A DNA stretch of 64,000 nt from Polyangiales bacterium (GTDB taxonomy: Bacteria; Myxococcota_A; Polyangia; Polyangiales; Polyangiaceae): positions 96,001-160,000 of the forward strand of contig JBBRNJ010000007.1 in NCBI GenBank assembly GCA_038230375.1. The letters run 5' to 3'. The stretch's first letter is position 1; the number at the start of each line of letters is the position of its first letter. Below are positions 38,950 to 48,735 of this stretch, in pieces. Below the pieces are notes generated by a model. The model worked only from the letters and a program-made list of their open reading frames with translations, did not search any database and was not told the DNA's origin. The translations under genes were made by a program, and so were the position numbers.

Positions 38950-41900
38950 TCAGCCGGACGGCTCGTCCAGGTTCTTGCGAACGAGCGGCGTCACGATATC
39001 GGCAGCCCGCGCGAGAACGTCCGCGCGGGCGGCCTCGACCACCGCGGGATCACCGGCCAGGCGGCCCAGGCGCAGGCGGTGAAGCGCGGCTGCGATCGAG
39101 GCCTCGCGCAGACCCATTTCGAGCGCCTGCCTCTCTCCTTCGAGGAGTAGCTCCAGTCCGCCGCGCGGATCTTCCGTCAGCGCCCGCGCCATCCCCAGGT
39201 GGACCCTTCCCTCGATCGTGACGACGTCGTTCTTGGAGTCCGCCGCCAGTGAGAGCGCGCCCTCCAGCAGCGGAAGCGCGTCGTCCGCGCGCCCCGCGAA
39301 CAACAACGTCTGTCCGAGGTTCACGGAAGCGTTGGCCACCTCGCTCCAGACGCCGAGGGCGCGGTAGAGCGCGACAACCTCGCGGTAGCCACGCTCCGCT
39401 TCGGCGAAGTTACCGGAGTGAAGCTCCACCCAGGAGAGGCCGCTCGTGGCGGCCGCGTCCAGGGGCAGGTGTCTCTGGGCACGCGCGAAGGCCACGACTC
39501 TCCCGTAGAGCCTGCGCGCCTCCGGCAGGTCGGCCTCGATCAGGCGGGCCCGCGCGAGGTCGACGCGCGCGTCGCGGTAGGGCTCTCCGCGAACCAGCGT
39601 CGCGGCCTTGTCGATCCACTCCGTGGCCTTGCCGATGTCACCCGTGAACTCGTACGTGCGCGCAACGAGCAACGCCGCGTCGAAGCGCAGGAGTCGGCTC
39701 TCCTCGGATGTCTCAGCCGATGCCTGCGCCAGGTGCTCTCGTGCAGCGTCCCGGTCGGTCCACGACAGTGCCTCTCCGAGCCAGCGGTGCGCATGAAGGC
39801 GCTCCGCCGGGTCCAGCTCTGCCCAGTGCTGCTGCAGCACGATGCGGCCTTGATGGACGGTCTCCCGCGGGTTCGCGCGCCGTCCAAGGCCGATGAGCTT
39901 CCAGAGCGCGAGCTTCGCCACGCGTCGCGGGCTCGGTCGCTCGGCCTCCGGGAGTGCGGCCACCGTCGCCTCCCAGCGATCCACGAGGGACACGGCCTCT
40001 TCGTGAAGCCCCGCATTGATCGCGAGCAGCGTTGCCTTCTCGTACTCCTCGGCGGCGCGTGCGAATTGTCCCGCGCGTTCGCGGTGGATGGCCAGCGCCG
40101 CGGGCGCACGCGCGGGGTCGGCCGCGTGGAGCGCCTCGAGCGCGTCGGCGATCGTCTGGTGGACCAGGCGTCGGCGCGCGTCGGGGATGGTCCCGTACGC
40201 GACGGCGCGCGTCAGTTCGTCACGGAACAGGTAGCCCTGGTTGGCTTCGTCGGCGGCGATGACCCGTTGGCCTTCGAGGTTCGAGATCGCGGCGGGGAGC
40301 ATGCTCGCGTCGAGCTCGGCCGTCGCGACACGCTCGAGGAGGTCCGTCGGAAACCTCTCGCCGATGGCGCTCGCCGTGCGGAGCAGGCGCCGCTCGACCT
40401 CCCCGAGCTCGTCGATGCGGGCGAGGGCCACGTTCGCCATCGACGCCGGCACCACGCTGTCCAAAAAATCTTCGCCACCGGGCGTCACCGCCACGCCCGC
40501 GCGCACGCTGACCAGCCCTTGATTGCGCAGGAAGCGGACCAGGTCCACGATCTGCCCCGGATTGCCGGCCGTGCGGCGCAGGCAGAAGGAGAGCAGTCTT
40601 GGGTCCACGTTCTCGGCGCGGAGCTCGTGGCGAATGAGCTCGCTCGTGCCCTCGGCGTCGAGCGGTCCGAGCAAGATCTGCTCCTCCACCACACGCGCGA
40701 GGGAGGCGATGACTGGGTCGGGTCTATAGGTGACGACGAGGAGCGAGCGCGCAAGCCGCGTGAGGTGGCTCGCGCGCATGGTCAGCTCCAGCGTGAGCGC
40801 ATCCGCATGGTGCAGGTCCTCCAACACGTAGAGGAGCGGCTCCTGCTGCATGCGAGCCCCGAAGAACCTGAGCACGGCGCCGATGATGCGCTCGTGCGAG
40901 TGGAGGTCGCCAAAATCGATCCCCGACTCGACCGTGCCGTCGGCGCCGCGCGTCGGCGCCAGGAGCGCGAGCATCTCGGCCGCGCCCTCGAAGCCGAAGC
41001 CGTCGAAACCACGTCTGATGGCCGCGACGCGCGCCGCGTGGGTGTCGCTCGATGTGAGGCCGAGGAAGCTCTCGAACATGGACACGATGGGGGCGAGCGG
41101 AGCGCCACGAAGCGAGTAGCGGCAGTGCCCGAGGATTCCGATGCCGCCACGGCGTGTCCACTCGTCGATCACCTGGGCAAGGTGAGCGCTCTTGCCAGTG
41201 CCCGCAGCGCCAGAGATGGCGACGAGGGCTCCGTCGCCGTTCCAGGCGCGCTCCACACGAGCGGCCAGGCGCGAGGTGGCCTCCGCGCGACCGGCGTAGA
41301 AGCGCTGGGCCTTGCGCATGCGCACGTAGCGCGCCCCCTTCTTCGATGGAGCGTGGACCACGTGTAGTCCCACCGGCTCCGCCTTGCCCTTGGCGACAAG
41401 CGCTGGTCGGACGGAGCTCTCGAACTCTGCCGCCGCCGCGCTCCTGACCGCGTCGGTCGCGAGTAGCTCGAACGGCCCGGCCGCAGCTGCGACGCGCGCC
41501 GCCGTGTTCACAGCGTCGCCGACGACCGTGATGTCGTGCCGGTAGTCGCTGCCGAACGTTCCGAAGTACACGCGCCCCACATGCGCACCGACACGGATGG
41601 AGAGCGGCGTATCGGGCATGGTCGCGCTGAGGCTCTTGAAGCGGCTACAAGCCTCCAGGCCCGCGAGCATGGCCCTCTCCGCGTCGTTCTCGGCGGGCAT
41701 GATGAGGCCGAACACCACGAGGACGCGGTGTCCCCTCTCCGTGAGGTCGACCTTGGTAACGATGCCGTCGTATTTCCGGAACACGCTCAGAAACGAACGT
41801 ACGACGGTGAACGTGCCGTCCGCGGGCCGGTCTCCCAGATCCAGTCCCTCCACCTCCGCGAAGAGGATCACCACGTCCCGGAGCTCTCCATCCACGCGCC

Positions 41901-42687
41901 AGCCCAGAGGAGTGGTCTTGAGGCGTGCGGCCAGAGGGGGCGCCACGAACGGCTCCAGAAGCGCGAGCTTCATGTCGACGTCGGTATCGATCCTGCCGTC
42001 CAGCTCCACTGTCGGACAACGAGGCTGCGGAGTCGCGAGCCCGCGCAGAACCGCTTCGCCGGAGGGCAGGGGGCTGAGCGCGGCATCTGCACCGAGACGT
42101 CGGGCGAGGTCCGCGTCAACGACGATCTCACCGGGGCTCGCGAGTCTTTGCAGGATGACGGCACGGTGAGCGGTGGTTCCTCCGAGAGCCAGCCCGCGTT
42201 GCACGGCGTCGCCCACGACGGTGAGCCGCACGTTCCCCGTGGCCAGGCCCACGCGGAGGTAGAGCTCGCGCCCTTCGGCGGCGAGTAGCTTGCTCAGCTT
42301 CTCGCGCATCAGCTCCTGCGCTGAGAGCGCAGATGCCGCCGCGTTCTTCTCGTGTCCTTCGCCACGGAACACCGCAGTGAGCGAGTCCCCACCGAACTGG
42401 ATCACGTACCCTTTGTACGGGAAGACGGCGTCCTCCAGGAGGCTTGCGAATATGGCGTTCAACGCCTGCGTGAGGCGACCCATGGAGCTGGGCCCCGCTC
42501 TTGCCAGCTCTTCGCACAGTGGCGTGAAGCCGACCAGGTCCGCGAAGAGCACGCTCCCTTCGAACGTCTCTCGCTGCGGTATCGCATCCTCGACCGGGTT
42601 GGCAAGCACCGCCTCCACGATCGAGTAAGGCACCGTGCGACAAAGCGCAGCCAGGTATGCGCCGCGGTCGAGCCCCTTCTTGTTCAT
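38950..42687 (-). CDS. Dual class III nucleotide cyclase + STAND/AAA ATPase + TPR protein
   Basis: FADLVGFT/FGGD; second domain GDAVNTAAR; GAAGTGKS P-loop; LEDLHHAD; TAGNP; TPR-like C-terminus. Confidence 0.9.
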   Translation of the reverse strand: MNKKGLDRGAYLAALCRTVPYSIVEAVLANPVEDAIPQRETFEGSVLFADLVGFTPLCEELARAGPSSMGRLTQALNAIFASLLEDAVFPYKGYVIQFGGDSLTAVFRGEGHEKNAAASALSAQELMREKLSKLLAAEGRELYLRVGLATGNVRLTVVGDAVQRGLALGGTTAHRAVILQRLASPGEIVVDADLARRLGADAALSPLPSGEAVLRGLATPQPRCPTVELDGRIDTDVDMKLALLEPFVAPPLAARLKTTPLGWRVDGELRDVVILFAEVEGLDLGDRPADGTFTVVRSFLSVFRKYDGIVTKVDLTERGHRVLVVFGLIMPAENDAERAMLAGLEACSRFKSLSATMPDTPLSIRVGAHVGRVYFGTFGSDYRHDITVVGDAVNTAARVAAAAGPFELLATDAVRSAAAAEFESSVRPALVAKGKAEPVGLHVVHAPSKKGARYVRMRKAQRFYAGRAEATSRLAARVERAWNGDGALVAISGAAGTGKSAHLAQVIDEWTRRGGIGILGHCRYSLRGAPLAPIVSMFESFLGLTSSDTHAARVAAIRRGFDGFGFEGAAEMLALLAPTRGADGTVESGIDFGDLHSHERIIGAVLRFFGARMQQEPLLYVLEDLHHADALTLELTMRASHLTRLARSLLVVTYRPDPVIASLARVVEEQILLGPLDAEGTSELIRHELRAENVDPRLLSFCLRRTAGNPGQIVDLVRFLRNQGLVSVRAGVAVTPGGEDFLDSVVPASMANVALARIDELGEVERRLLRTASAIGERFPTDLLERVATAELDASMLPAAISNLEGQRVIAADEANQGYLFRDELTRAVAYGTIPDARRRLVHQTIADALEALHAADPARAPAALAIHRERAGQFARAAEEYEKATLLAINAGLHEEAVSLVDRWEATVAALPEAERPSPRRVAKLALWKLIGLGRRANPRETVHQGRIVLQQHWAELDPAERLHAHRWLGEALSWTDRDAAREHLAQASAETSEESRLLRFDAALLVARTYEFTGDIGKATEWIDKAATLVRGEPYRDARVDLARARLIEADLPEARRLYGRVVAFARAQRHLPLDAAATSGLSWVELHSGNFAEAERGYREVVALYRALGVWSEVANASVNLGQTLLFAGRADDALPLLEGALSLAADSKNDVVTIEGRVHLGMARALTEDPRGGLELLLEGERQALEMGLREASIAAALHRLRLGRLAGDPAVVEAARADVLARAADIVTPLVRKNLDEPSG

Positions 42688-44093
42688 CCACTCCCGAGTC
42701 TATCACCGTCGGCCAGTATCCATCGTCGACGTCGCGCGACGAACGCCGCCGCGGCCAGGAGCAGTAGGCCCGCTGACCACCGCTTTCCCGCTGGTGCTCC
42801 CGCCTGATCGCAGGCGCAGCGCGACTCCGGCTTCGGCGTGCTCACAGCCGGTGAGGGCTCGCCTGCGTCCGCGGTTGTCGTTGGTCTCTCGATTCCTATG
42901 ACGGCTCGCTGCTGCGGCCAGTCCGCGCGGCATAGCTCCGCGGTGCGCGTTCCCGCGGGGCAGGTGAGCGGGCCTCGCAGATCACCGAGGTGCGCGCGTG
43001 CTTGCCATGTCTTGCCGCGGTCGGTCGACACGCCGCCTATGAAGCCTGCTGCTTCGTTCGAGCACGCCCACAGCTCTCCCTTCTGAAACGCGAGGCACGC
43101 GACCGGCAGATCGCTCGCCTTCACGAACGGGGTCTCGCGCGCGGCGTTCGTGACGTCCGTCTTCGTGGCAGCCCACACGCCGTCCTTCGGGCTGCCCGCG
43201 AAGATGGTCTCGCCGTCGTCGGAGAGCGCGAAGCCCTTCATCGGTCCTGTCGTCGTGAACGCCGTCTTCCACGTCTTCCCCGCGTCCTTCGTGAACAGCA
43301 GGCGCGCGCCTTGATCGACCGTGCCCAGCACGCGCACCCACAGGATGTCTGCGTCCTTCGGATCGAGCGCGGCGATGAACGGCGCGCGCTCCGTCCTGCG
43401 CGGTCCGAGATCACCCGCGGCAGATCTCGCGAGCGGGATCGCCCGCTCGGTGAACGTCAGGCCTCCGTCGTCGGAGCGCAGGAGCACACCGGAGACGTCG
43501 GGCATGGAGCCACGGATGCCGGAGATGAAGATGCGGTCCGGGACCACCGGCGACACGTCCACGGTCTGGAGGAGCAGCGATGGATCGAGCGGCTGCCCTC
43601 TTCGCTCCCACGTCTTGCCGGCGTCCTTGGTGACGAAGACCTCGGACGAGAAGAGCGCGTTGCCTGCGTCGTCGTTCCGGTTCGCGTAGCCAGAGGTGAT
43701 CGCAACGCCGGTCTTGCCGTCGCTCTTCCGGACGGACACGTCGACGAAGACCTTCTTGTCGAGAGCCCCCTCCTGGAAGGCGAAGCTGCACGCGCGATCG
43801 TGCGAGACCGAGAGCCCCTCGAAGAGCGCCGCCGCAACAGTGCCGTCAGCGAACACGCCGATGGTGGGGTCCTCTGGGCCACTGAAGCCGAGCGAGCGCT
43901 CGCAGACCCAGTCCCACGTGCGTCCGGCGTCCGACGACACGAGGAGCCCGAACGTGGCGCGCAGATAGACACGCGAAGGATCCGAGGGATCGAACGTGAT
44001 CGCATTCGACGCAGGAAAACGCCCGTTCGCCCGCGCCTTCGCAGGAGCAAGGAGGACGAACAGACACGAGAGGAGCGTGAGCCTTCGGAGCAA
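42684..44093 (-). CDS. Surface BNR/Asp-box beta-propeller protein with MYXO-CTERM-like anchor
   Basis: ANGRFP after signal peptide; SSDAGRTW/TKDAGKTW/STDRGKTW repeats; CAC...LLLLAAAAFVARRRR. Confidence 0.85.
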   Translation of the reverse strand: MLRRLTLLSCLFVLLAPAKARANGRFPASNAITFDPSDPSRVYLRATFGLLVSSDAGRTWDWVCERSLGFSGPEDPTIGVFADGTVAAALFEGLSVSHDRACSFAFQEGALDKKVFVDVSVRKSDGKTGVAITSGYANRNDDAGNALFSSEVFVTKDAGKTWERRGQPLDPSLLLQTVDVSPVVPDRIFISGIRGSMPDVSGVLLRSDDGGLTFTERAIPLARSAAGDLGPRRTERAPFIAALDPKDADILWVRVLGTVDQGARLLFTKDAGKTWKTAFTTTGPMKGFALSDDGETIFAGSPKDGVWAATKTDVTNAARETPFVKASDLPVACLAFQKGELWACSNEAAGFIGGVSTDRGKTWQARAHLGDLRGPLTCPAGTRTAELCRADWPQQRAVIGIERPTTTADAGEPSPAVSTPKPESRCACDQAGAPAGKRWSAGLLLLAAAAFVARRRRWILADGDRLGSG

Positions 44094-44106
44094 GCGCCCG
44101 AACGTA

Positions 44107-44622
44107 TCAGTCCGGAACGCAGAACGTCACGACGGACGAGTCCGACTGCGCGCCCATCGCGGAGGGCCGGGTAACGGTGAACGTGAGCTGCCAGATGCCG
44201 GGCATGAACGTGTTCACATGATCGATCTCGATGCTGCCATCCGGCTTCGTGGGACCCACGAGCGGAATGATGGAGCTGCCGTGGCCGTGGTCCGGCATGA
44301 ACGGCTTCAGCGTGAGGGTGGCGTCGGTGACAGGGTTGCCCGCAGCATCCACGACGGTGACAGTGAGCGTGTTCTCGCCCTTCACGAGCGGCCATGGATC
44401 GACGCCGTCCAGCCTCACGCTGAACGTCCCCGTTGTCCCCTTCACGACCATGTTCGACGCGTAGACGGTGGCGCGCGTGTCCGTGCTGCACAGAGACGGC
44501 GGATTCGTGGCAGTTCCGCCACTGCTGTTGGAAGAAGAGCTACACGCGCTGACGAGCGACAGGCAAAAAAGCCCGCCGAGAACGCCAACGAGCTGCTTCG
44601 AACCGAACATCGACATGGTCAT
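44107..44622 (-). CDS. YtkA/FixH-like lipoprotein (second copy)
   Basis: Lipobox VSAC; FMPDHGHG; FMPGIWQLT. Confidence 0.85.
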   Translation of the reverse strand: MTMSMFGSKQLVGVLGGLFCLSLVSACSSSSNSSGGTATNPPSLCSTDTRATVYASNMVVKGTTGTFSVRLDGVDPWPLVKGENTLTVTVVDAAGNPVTDATLTLKPFMPDHGHGSSIIPLVGPTKPDGSIEIDHVNTFMPGIWQLTFTVTRPSAMGAQSDSSVVTFCVPD

Positions 44623-44744
44623 GGTGACATCGCACGGCGAAAAACGCCACGCACACAGGGTCTACGCCCCAACCTCCTGATCGGTTTCGCTCGCAATCGC
44701 CAACCCCAAAAATCTCCGCACTTCCGGCGTTCCTGTCGATCCCC

Positions 44745-45953
44745 TCAGGCCGCGAGCAACGACTCCGGAAGGCCAAACTCTGCCGTAGCCTGCGAAACGC
44801 CTACCGCGATGACGCGGTCCCAGTAGCGAAGTCCGGACGCGAGCGCCTTGTCCTCCGCGCCTGGCACCGTGCGCATCACAAGGTCCCCGGTGCGAACGAG
44901 GCGGCGAAGGATCGGGCGTCCCAGCTCCAGCGGGGTCCGCATCACGCCCAGCTGATCCGCCACGCTGTCCCCGCACAGCATGCGCACGAAGACCGCGCCA
45001 AGGTGTGCCTTGGCCGCGCCCCGTCGCTTCCCCCGCGGCGACTTCGCGGAATTCATCTCCGCGAACAGGAGCGCACGCGTGAGCGCGCGCGAGTCCTGAT
45101 CGGGCTCAGCCTGCGTCGCGCGCACGAGCTCCGTCAGCCGATCGGCGTCTGCGATGGAGGCGGGCGCGAGCTCCGGCGTGACCCCGATCACGTGCGACAC
45201 CCAACGCCAGAGATGCATGTAGCGCTCTGCGTCCTCGGACCGCACGGACACACCCAGCTTCTGGAGCCCGTCGAGCACGACGCTCGAGAAGAGGATCTGC
45301 GTGGACGCCATGTCGTGCTGGTTGATCGGAAGCCCCCACGCTTCCATGCGCCACCTGTCAGAGCGCAGGATCATGCGCCGGACCTGCGCGTGCATCAGGC
45401 GCACGCGCAGCGTGATCGAATGGCCCAGCGCGCCCGGGCGCATGCCGCCTTTCCTGCAGACCGCCTGCACGAAGCGCGCGGTCTCGTTCAGGCGCGACTG
45501 CGCTTGCTGCTCCAGCCGCCCCGACAGCACGAGTGGCTTGTTGCCGCCTGGCGACGCGTAGCCGAGCGGCAGCGACTCCGCGCCGAGCACCATGCCGCCG
45601 AGCAGGCCCGAGCGCAGGAGCACCGCACCGCCGTGATCGACCGCGCGCCAGTCCACCCACGCGGGCACCGTGTACGCCGCTTCTACCAACCGAGAGAGCG
45701 CCGGCGCGTCCTTGTGGGTGTGCGGGGGCTCGGGGTTCAAGCGCGACGCAGGGTCCGCGCAGAGCTCCTTGAAGATGCGCTGGCCTTCGCCCTTGGGCAG
45801 CGATTCGATCTCGTCTATCGCAGCGTCCGCGAGCGCGTCCGTCTCGTAGAGCAGCGCGCCAACGCGATCCACGCGGTCGCCGAAGCGCGCACGCGCCTCT
45901 TCGACATGGACGAAGCGGGTCGGGACCGGAGCGGCGCCGGCGGAGCTCTGCAT
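44745..45953 (-). CDS. MpaB/Lcp (DUF2236) oxygenase-family protein
   Basis: RLNETARF, RVRLMHAQVR, WGLPINQHDM, HLWRW. Confidence 0.88.
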   Translation of the reverse strand: MQSSAGAAPVPTRFVHVEEARARFGDRVDRVGALLYETDALADAAIDEIESLPKGEGQRIFKELCADPASRLNPEPPHTHKDAPALSRLVEAAYTVPAWVDWRAVDHGGAVLLRSGLLGGMVLGAESLPLGYASPGGNKPLVLSGRLEQQAQSRLNETARFVQAVCRKGGMRPGALGHSITLRVRLMHAQVRRMILRSDRWRMEAWGLPINQHDMASTQILFSSVVLDGLQKLGVSVRSEDAERYMHLWRWVSHVIGVTPELAPASIADADRLTELVRATQAEPDQDSRALTRALLFAEMNSAKSPRGKRRGAAKAHLGAVFVRMLCGDSVADQLGVMRTPLELGRPILRRLVRTGDLVMRTVPGAEDKALASGLRYWDRVIAVGVSQATAEFGLPESLLAA

Positions 45954-45959
45954 GTCACC

Positions 45960-46625
45960 TCATCTCATGAGGTGCGGCGGCGTGTAGGACTGGCCCTGCA
46001 TCTGCTGCATGGGCATGGGGCCGCCCATGGGCATAGTGTTCTGTCCCATGCAGGTCGCGTCCGCAGCGGCGGCGTGGAGGCCCATGAGCCACGCGGAGCG
46101 GTCATCGATCTTCTTCACCCAGAGCGTGCGCTGGCGCCGATACGCAAACTGCACGATCAGGGGCGCGACCAGCAGCGCGAGGAACGAGAACGCGATGAGC
46201 GGGCCGCCCACCTCTTCCAGCTCGCCCGCGCACAGGCCAATGCCCAGGAGCAGCATCACGATGCCGACGCCGAACGAGAGGGCGAGGTTGCGGTTGCCCT
46301 TCTTCCACTCGTTGTCGCACGCGTGGCATAGGGGGACGTTGTACGCGGCGGACTTGCGCACGACCGCCGACAGGATCGCCCCGATGAGCGGCGACACGAA
46401 GAACGCGAACCACACCCACTGCGGCGTGAAGCTGAAGTTCTTGCGCGGGTACGCCGCGACCTGCGGATTGCTGCACTTGGTGCAGACGTTCGCGAGCTGC
46501 CCGAACTTCGGCATCACGAGCGCGTCGAAGTCGCGGTACGGGCCGGTAGGCATGCCGTAGCCGTAACCGTAAGGAGCCATGCCCGGCTGCTGCGGGGGCG
46601 GTGCGTAGGGGTTGTACGGATTCAC
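45960..46625 (-). CDS. Hypothetical membrane protein with two CxxC motifs
   Basis: NPYAPP N-terminus; VCTKC; PLCHAC; TM helices; GTG start inferred. Confidence 0.75.
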   Translation of the reverse strand: MNPYNPYAPPPQQPGMAPYGYGYGMPTGPYRDFDALVMPKFGQLANVCTKCSNPQVAAYPRKNFSFTPQWVWFAFFVSPLIGAILSAVVRKSAAYNVPLCHACDNEWKKGNRNLALSFGVGIVMLLLGIGLCAGELEEVGGPLIAFSFLALLVAPLIVQFAYRRQRTLWVKKIDDRSAWLMGLHAAAADATCMGQNTMPMGGPMPMQQMQGQSYTPPHLMR

Positions 46626-46692
46626 AATCGGGAACGTATCATCGGCGGCGGCTCGCCGCGAGGGTGGGCCGGTCGTGATATCTTGCGACCTC

Positions 46693-47403
46693 ATGCAAGC
46701 GAACCACCGCGCCTCCACAGTGATGTTCGTGCCTGTTTTCCTGGGGCTCGCCGCGATGCTGGCCGCCTGCCCGAAGAAGGGCACCGACGCGGCGGACGCA
46801 GCGGCAGAGGCGGGCGCGGGCGCGGCCGTCGTGGACGCAGGCCCCGAGACCACGAACGAGGCGCAGATAACGCGCTACACCGACGACGAGAAGTCCATGG
46901 ACCGCGCCGACGCGACGGTGAAGATCGCGAAGACGAATGCCATCACCGCCGTCCCCAAGGGTGACGTCGTCACGTCGCTCAAGAAGGGTGATGCCGTCAC
47001 GCAGGTCGTGCTGCACAACGGCTACTACCTCGTGACCTTCGCCGACCCGAAGGACCCCACGAAGAAGCTCATGGGCTGGGTCGCGAAGCAGGCCTTCGAC
47101 GACGCCACGTACGTACCGGCGAAGAAGACCATGCCCGCCTGCGCCGCCGGCGGCATCCTCGTCACGAACGCACTCTCCCCCTTCATGCCCCGCTGCACCA
47201 CGCACTGCACGAAAGACGCCGACTGCACGAGCAAGATGTGCGACTCCGTGGTGCAACTGGATCCCAAGACAGGCGCGCCCATCGGCGAGGGCAGTGCCCA
47301 GTACACGCAAGCCTGCGAGGCAGCCATAGCACCGCCACCCCCGACCCCGAGCACCGCCCCAACCCCAAGCACCACCCCCAAGGTCGACGCGGGGAAGCAC
47401 TGA
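46693..47403 (+). CDS. Lipoprotein with SH3-like and Cys-rich domains
   Basis: LAAC lipobox; LKKGDAV...YYLV...MGWV; CTTHCTKDADC. Confidence 0.75.
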   Translation: MQANHRASTVMFVPVFLGLAAMLAACPKKGTDAADAAAEAGAGAAVVDAGPETTNEAQITRYTDDEKSMDRADATVKIAKTNAITAVPKGDVVTSLKKGDAVTQVVLHNGYYLVTFADPKDPTKKLMGWVAKQAFDDATYVPAKKTMPACAAGGILVTNALSPFMPRCTTHCTKDADCTSKMCDSVVQLDPKTGAPIGEGSAQYTQACEAAIAPPPPTPSTAPTPSTTPKVDAGKH

Positions 47404-47412
47404 GCGGAGGTC

Positions 47413-47514
47413 GTCGAAGTCGAAGTCGAGGTCGAGGTCGAGGTCGAGGTCGAGGTCGAGGTCGAGGTCGAGGTCGAAGTCGAGGTCGAGGTCGAGGTCG
47501 AGGTCGAAGTCGAC
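47413..47514. repeat. Hexamer tandem array (GTCGAR)x17, reverse complement of the array at 162-299
   Basis: GTCGAG/GTCGAA units (last GTCGAC) between convergent stop codons. Confidence 0.95.
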
Positions 47515-47519
47515 GCGGT

Positions 47520-48671
47520 CTACGTCAGTACAATCTCCGTGATCTCCGCTGGCGCTCCCACGCGCATCGGCGGGCCCCAGTACCCCGTCCCGCAGCTCAC
47601 GTAGACCTGTGTGTCGCCCACGTTCATCAGCCCTCGCAGGAACGTCTTCTGTTGTATGCGCACCAGATACCCCCACGGAAATATCTGGCCTCCGTGCGTG
47701 TGACCCGACAGCTGCAGATCCACGCCGTGCTCTGCCGCGCGCTCCACTTGCCGCGGCTGGTGCGCCAGCAGCACGATCGCGCGGCGCTTGTCGCGATCAC
47801 CGAGCGCCTTCTCCATGTCCTCGCCGTGGCCTTCGGTCGCGTGCGCGCTCGCGTCGTCGACGCCGGCCAGATCGAAGCCGCGCGGGAGCGGGACACGCTC
47901 GTTGCGGAGCGTCTTGATGCCGAGCGTGCCAAGGAACGCGATCCATTCGTCCGCGCCCGAGTAGTACTCGTGGTTGCCCGTCACGAAGAACACGCCGTCC
48001 TTCGCGCGCAGGTCGGCGAGCGGGCGTACGGCGTCGCCGAGCTCCTCCACGCTGCCATCCACCAGGTCTCCCGTGATCGCGACCAGGTCCGGCGAGAGCG
48101 CATTCACGCGCGCGACCACGTCCTCGAGGAATGCCTTGCCGATCGTCGGCCCGATGTGGACGTCCGTGAGCTGCACGATGCGATAGCCCTTCGCCGCCGC
48201 CGGCAGCTTCGCGAGCGACACATCCACGCGCTTCACCGCGACCTGCCCGAGCGCGCCCTTCATGCCGGCCGCCGACATTCCGAACGCGAACAGGCCCGCT
48301 GACGCGGCGATCGCGCGACCGATGAACGCGCGACGCTCCGGATCTGGCGGCGCGCTCCGAACCTTGTCCGCCACGAACAGGACAAGCTTCATCGCGTCTC
48401 CGAAGAGGAGCGCGACGACCAGGAAGAACATGATGCCCATCCACCCGAACGCGAGCCACGACAGGGGCGTTGCGGCCCAGCGAGGCCCGCGCATGAACGT
48501 CATGCCCGCCATGATCGAGATGCCGCCGATGATGATGAGCGATTTGACTGCGGTGCGGGTGGTGCCCGTGAGGCCCGCGTCGCGGACCAAGCGCGCGAAG
48601 AGATAATAGTGGATGCCCAGGGTGAGGCCCCCGAAGACGAGGAGAAAGAGAATGAGTCGGCCCGCGGACAT
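47520..48671 (-). CDS. Membrane metallophosphoesterase (YkuE/YaeI-like)
   Basis: DVH, GDLVD, GNHE, LLAHQP, GHTHGGQ. Confidence 0.93.
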   Translation of the reverse strand: MSAGRLILFLLVFGGLTLGIHYYLFARLVRDAGLTGTTRTAVKSLIIIGGISIMAGMTFMRGPRWAATPLSWLAFGWMGIMFFLVVALLFGDAMKLVLFVADKVRSAPPDPERRAFIGRAIAASAGLFAFGMSAAGMKGALGQVAVKRVDVSLAKLPAAAKGYRIVQLTDVHIGPTIGKAFLEDVVARVNALSPDLVAITGDLVDGSVEELGDAVRPLADLRAKDGVFFVTGNHEYYSGADEWIAFLGTLGIKTLRNERVPLPRGFDLAGVDDASAHATEGHGEDMEKALGDRDKRRAIVLLAHQPRQVERAAEHGVDLQLSGHTHGGQIFPWGYLVRIQQKTFLRGLMNVGDTQVYVSCGTGYWGPPMRVGAPAEITEIVLT

Positions 48672-48735
48672 TTGCCTGGGTCTAGGATGAAGGAAAGTAC
48701 CCGGACGTCGCGGAAAATCGTGCAAAGGCTGAACC

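Noticed and set aside
47401..47519. Possible CRISPR array
   Set aside because: 6-nt period with no unique spacers, and no cas genes in the window
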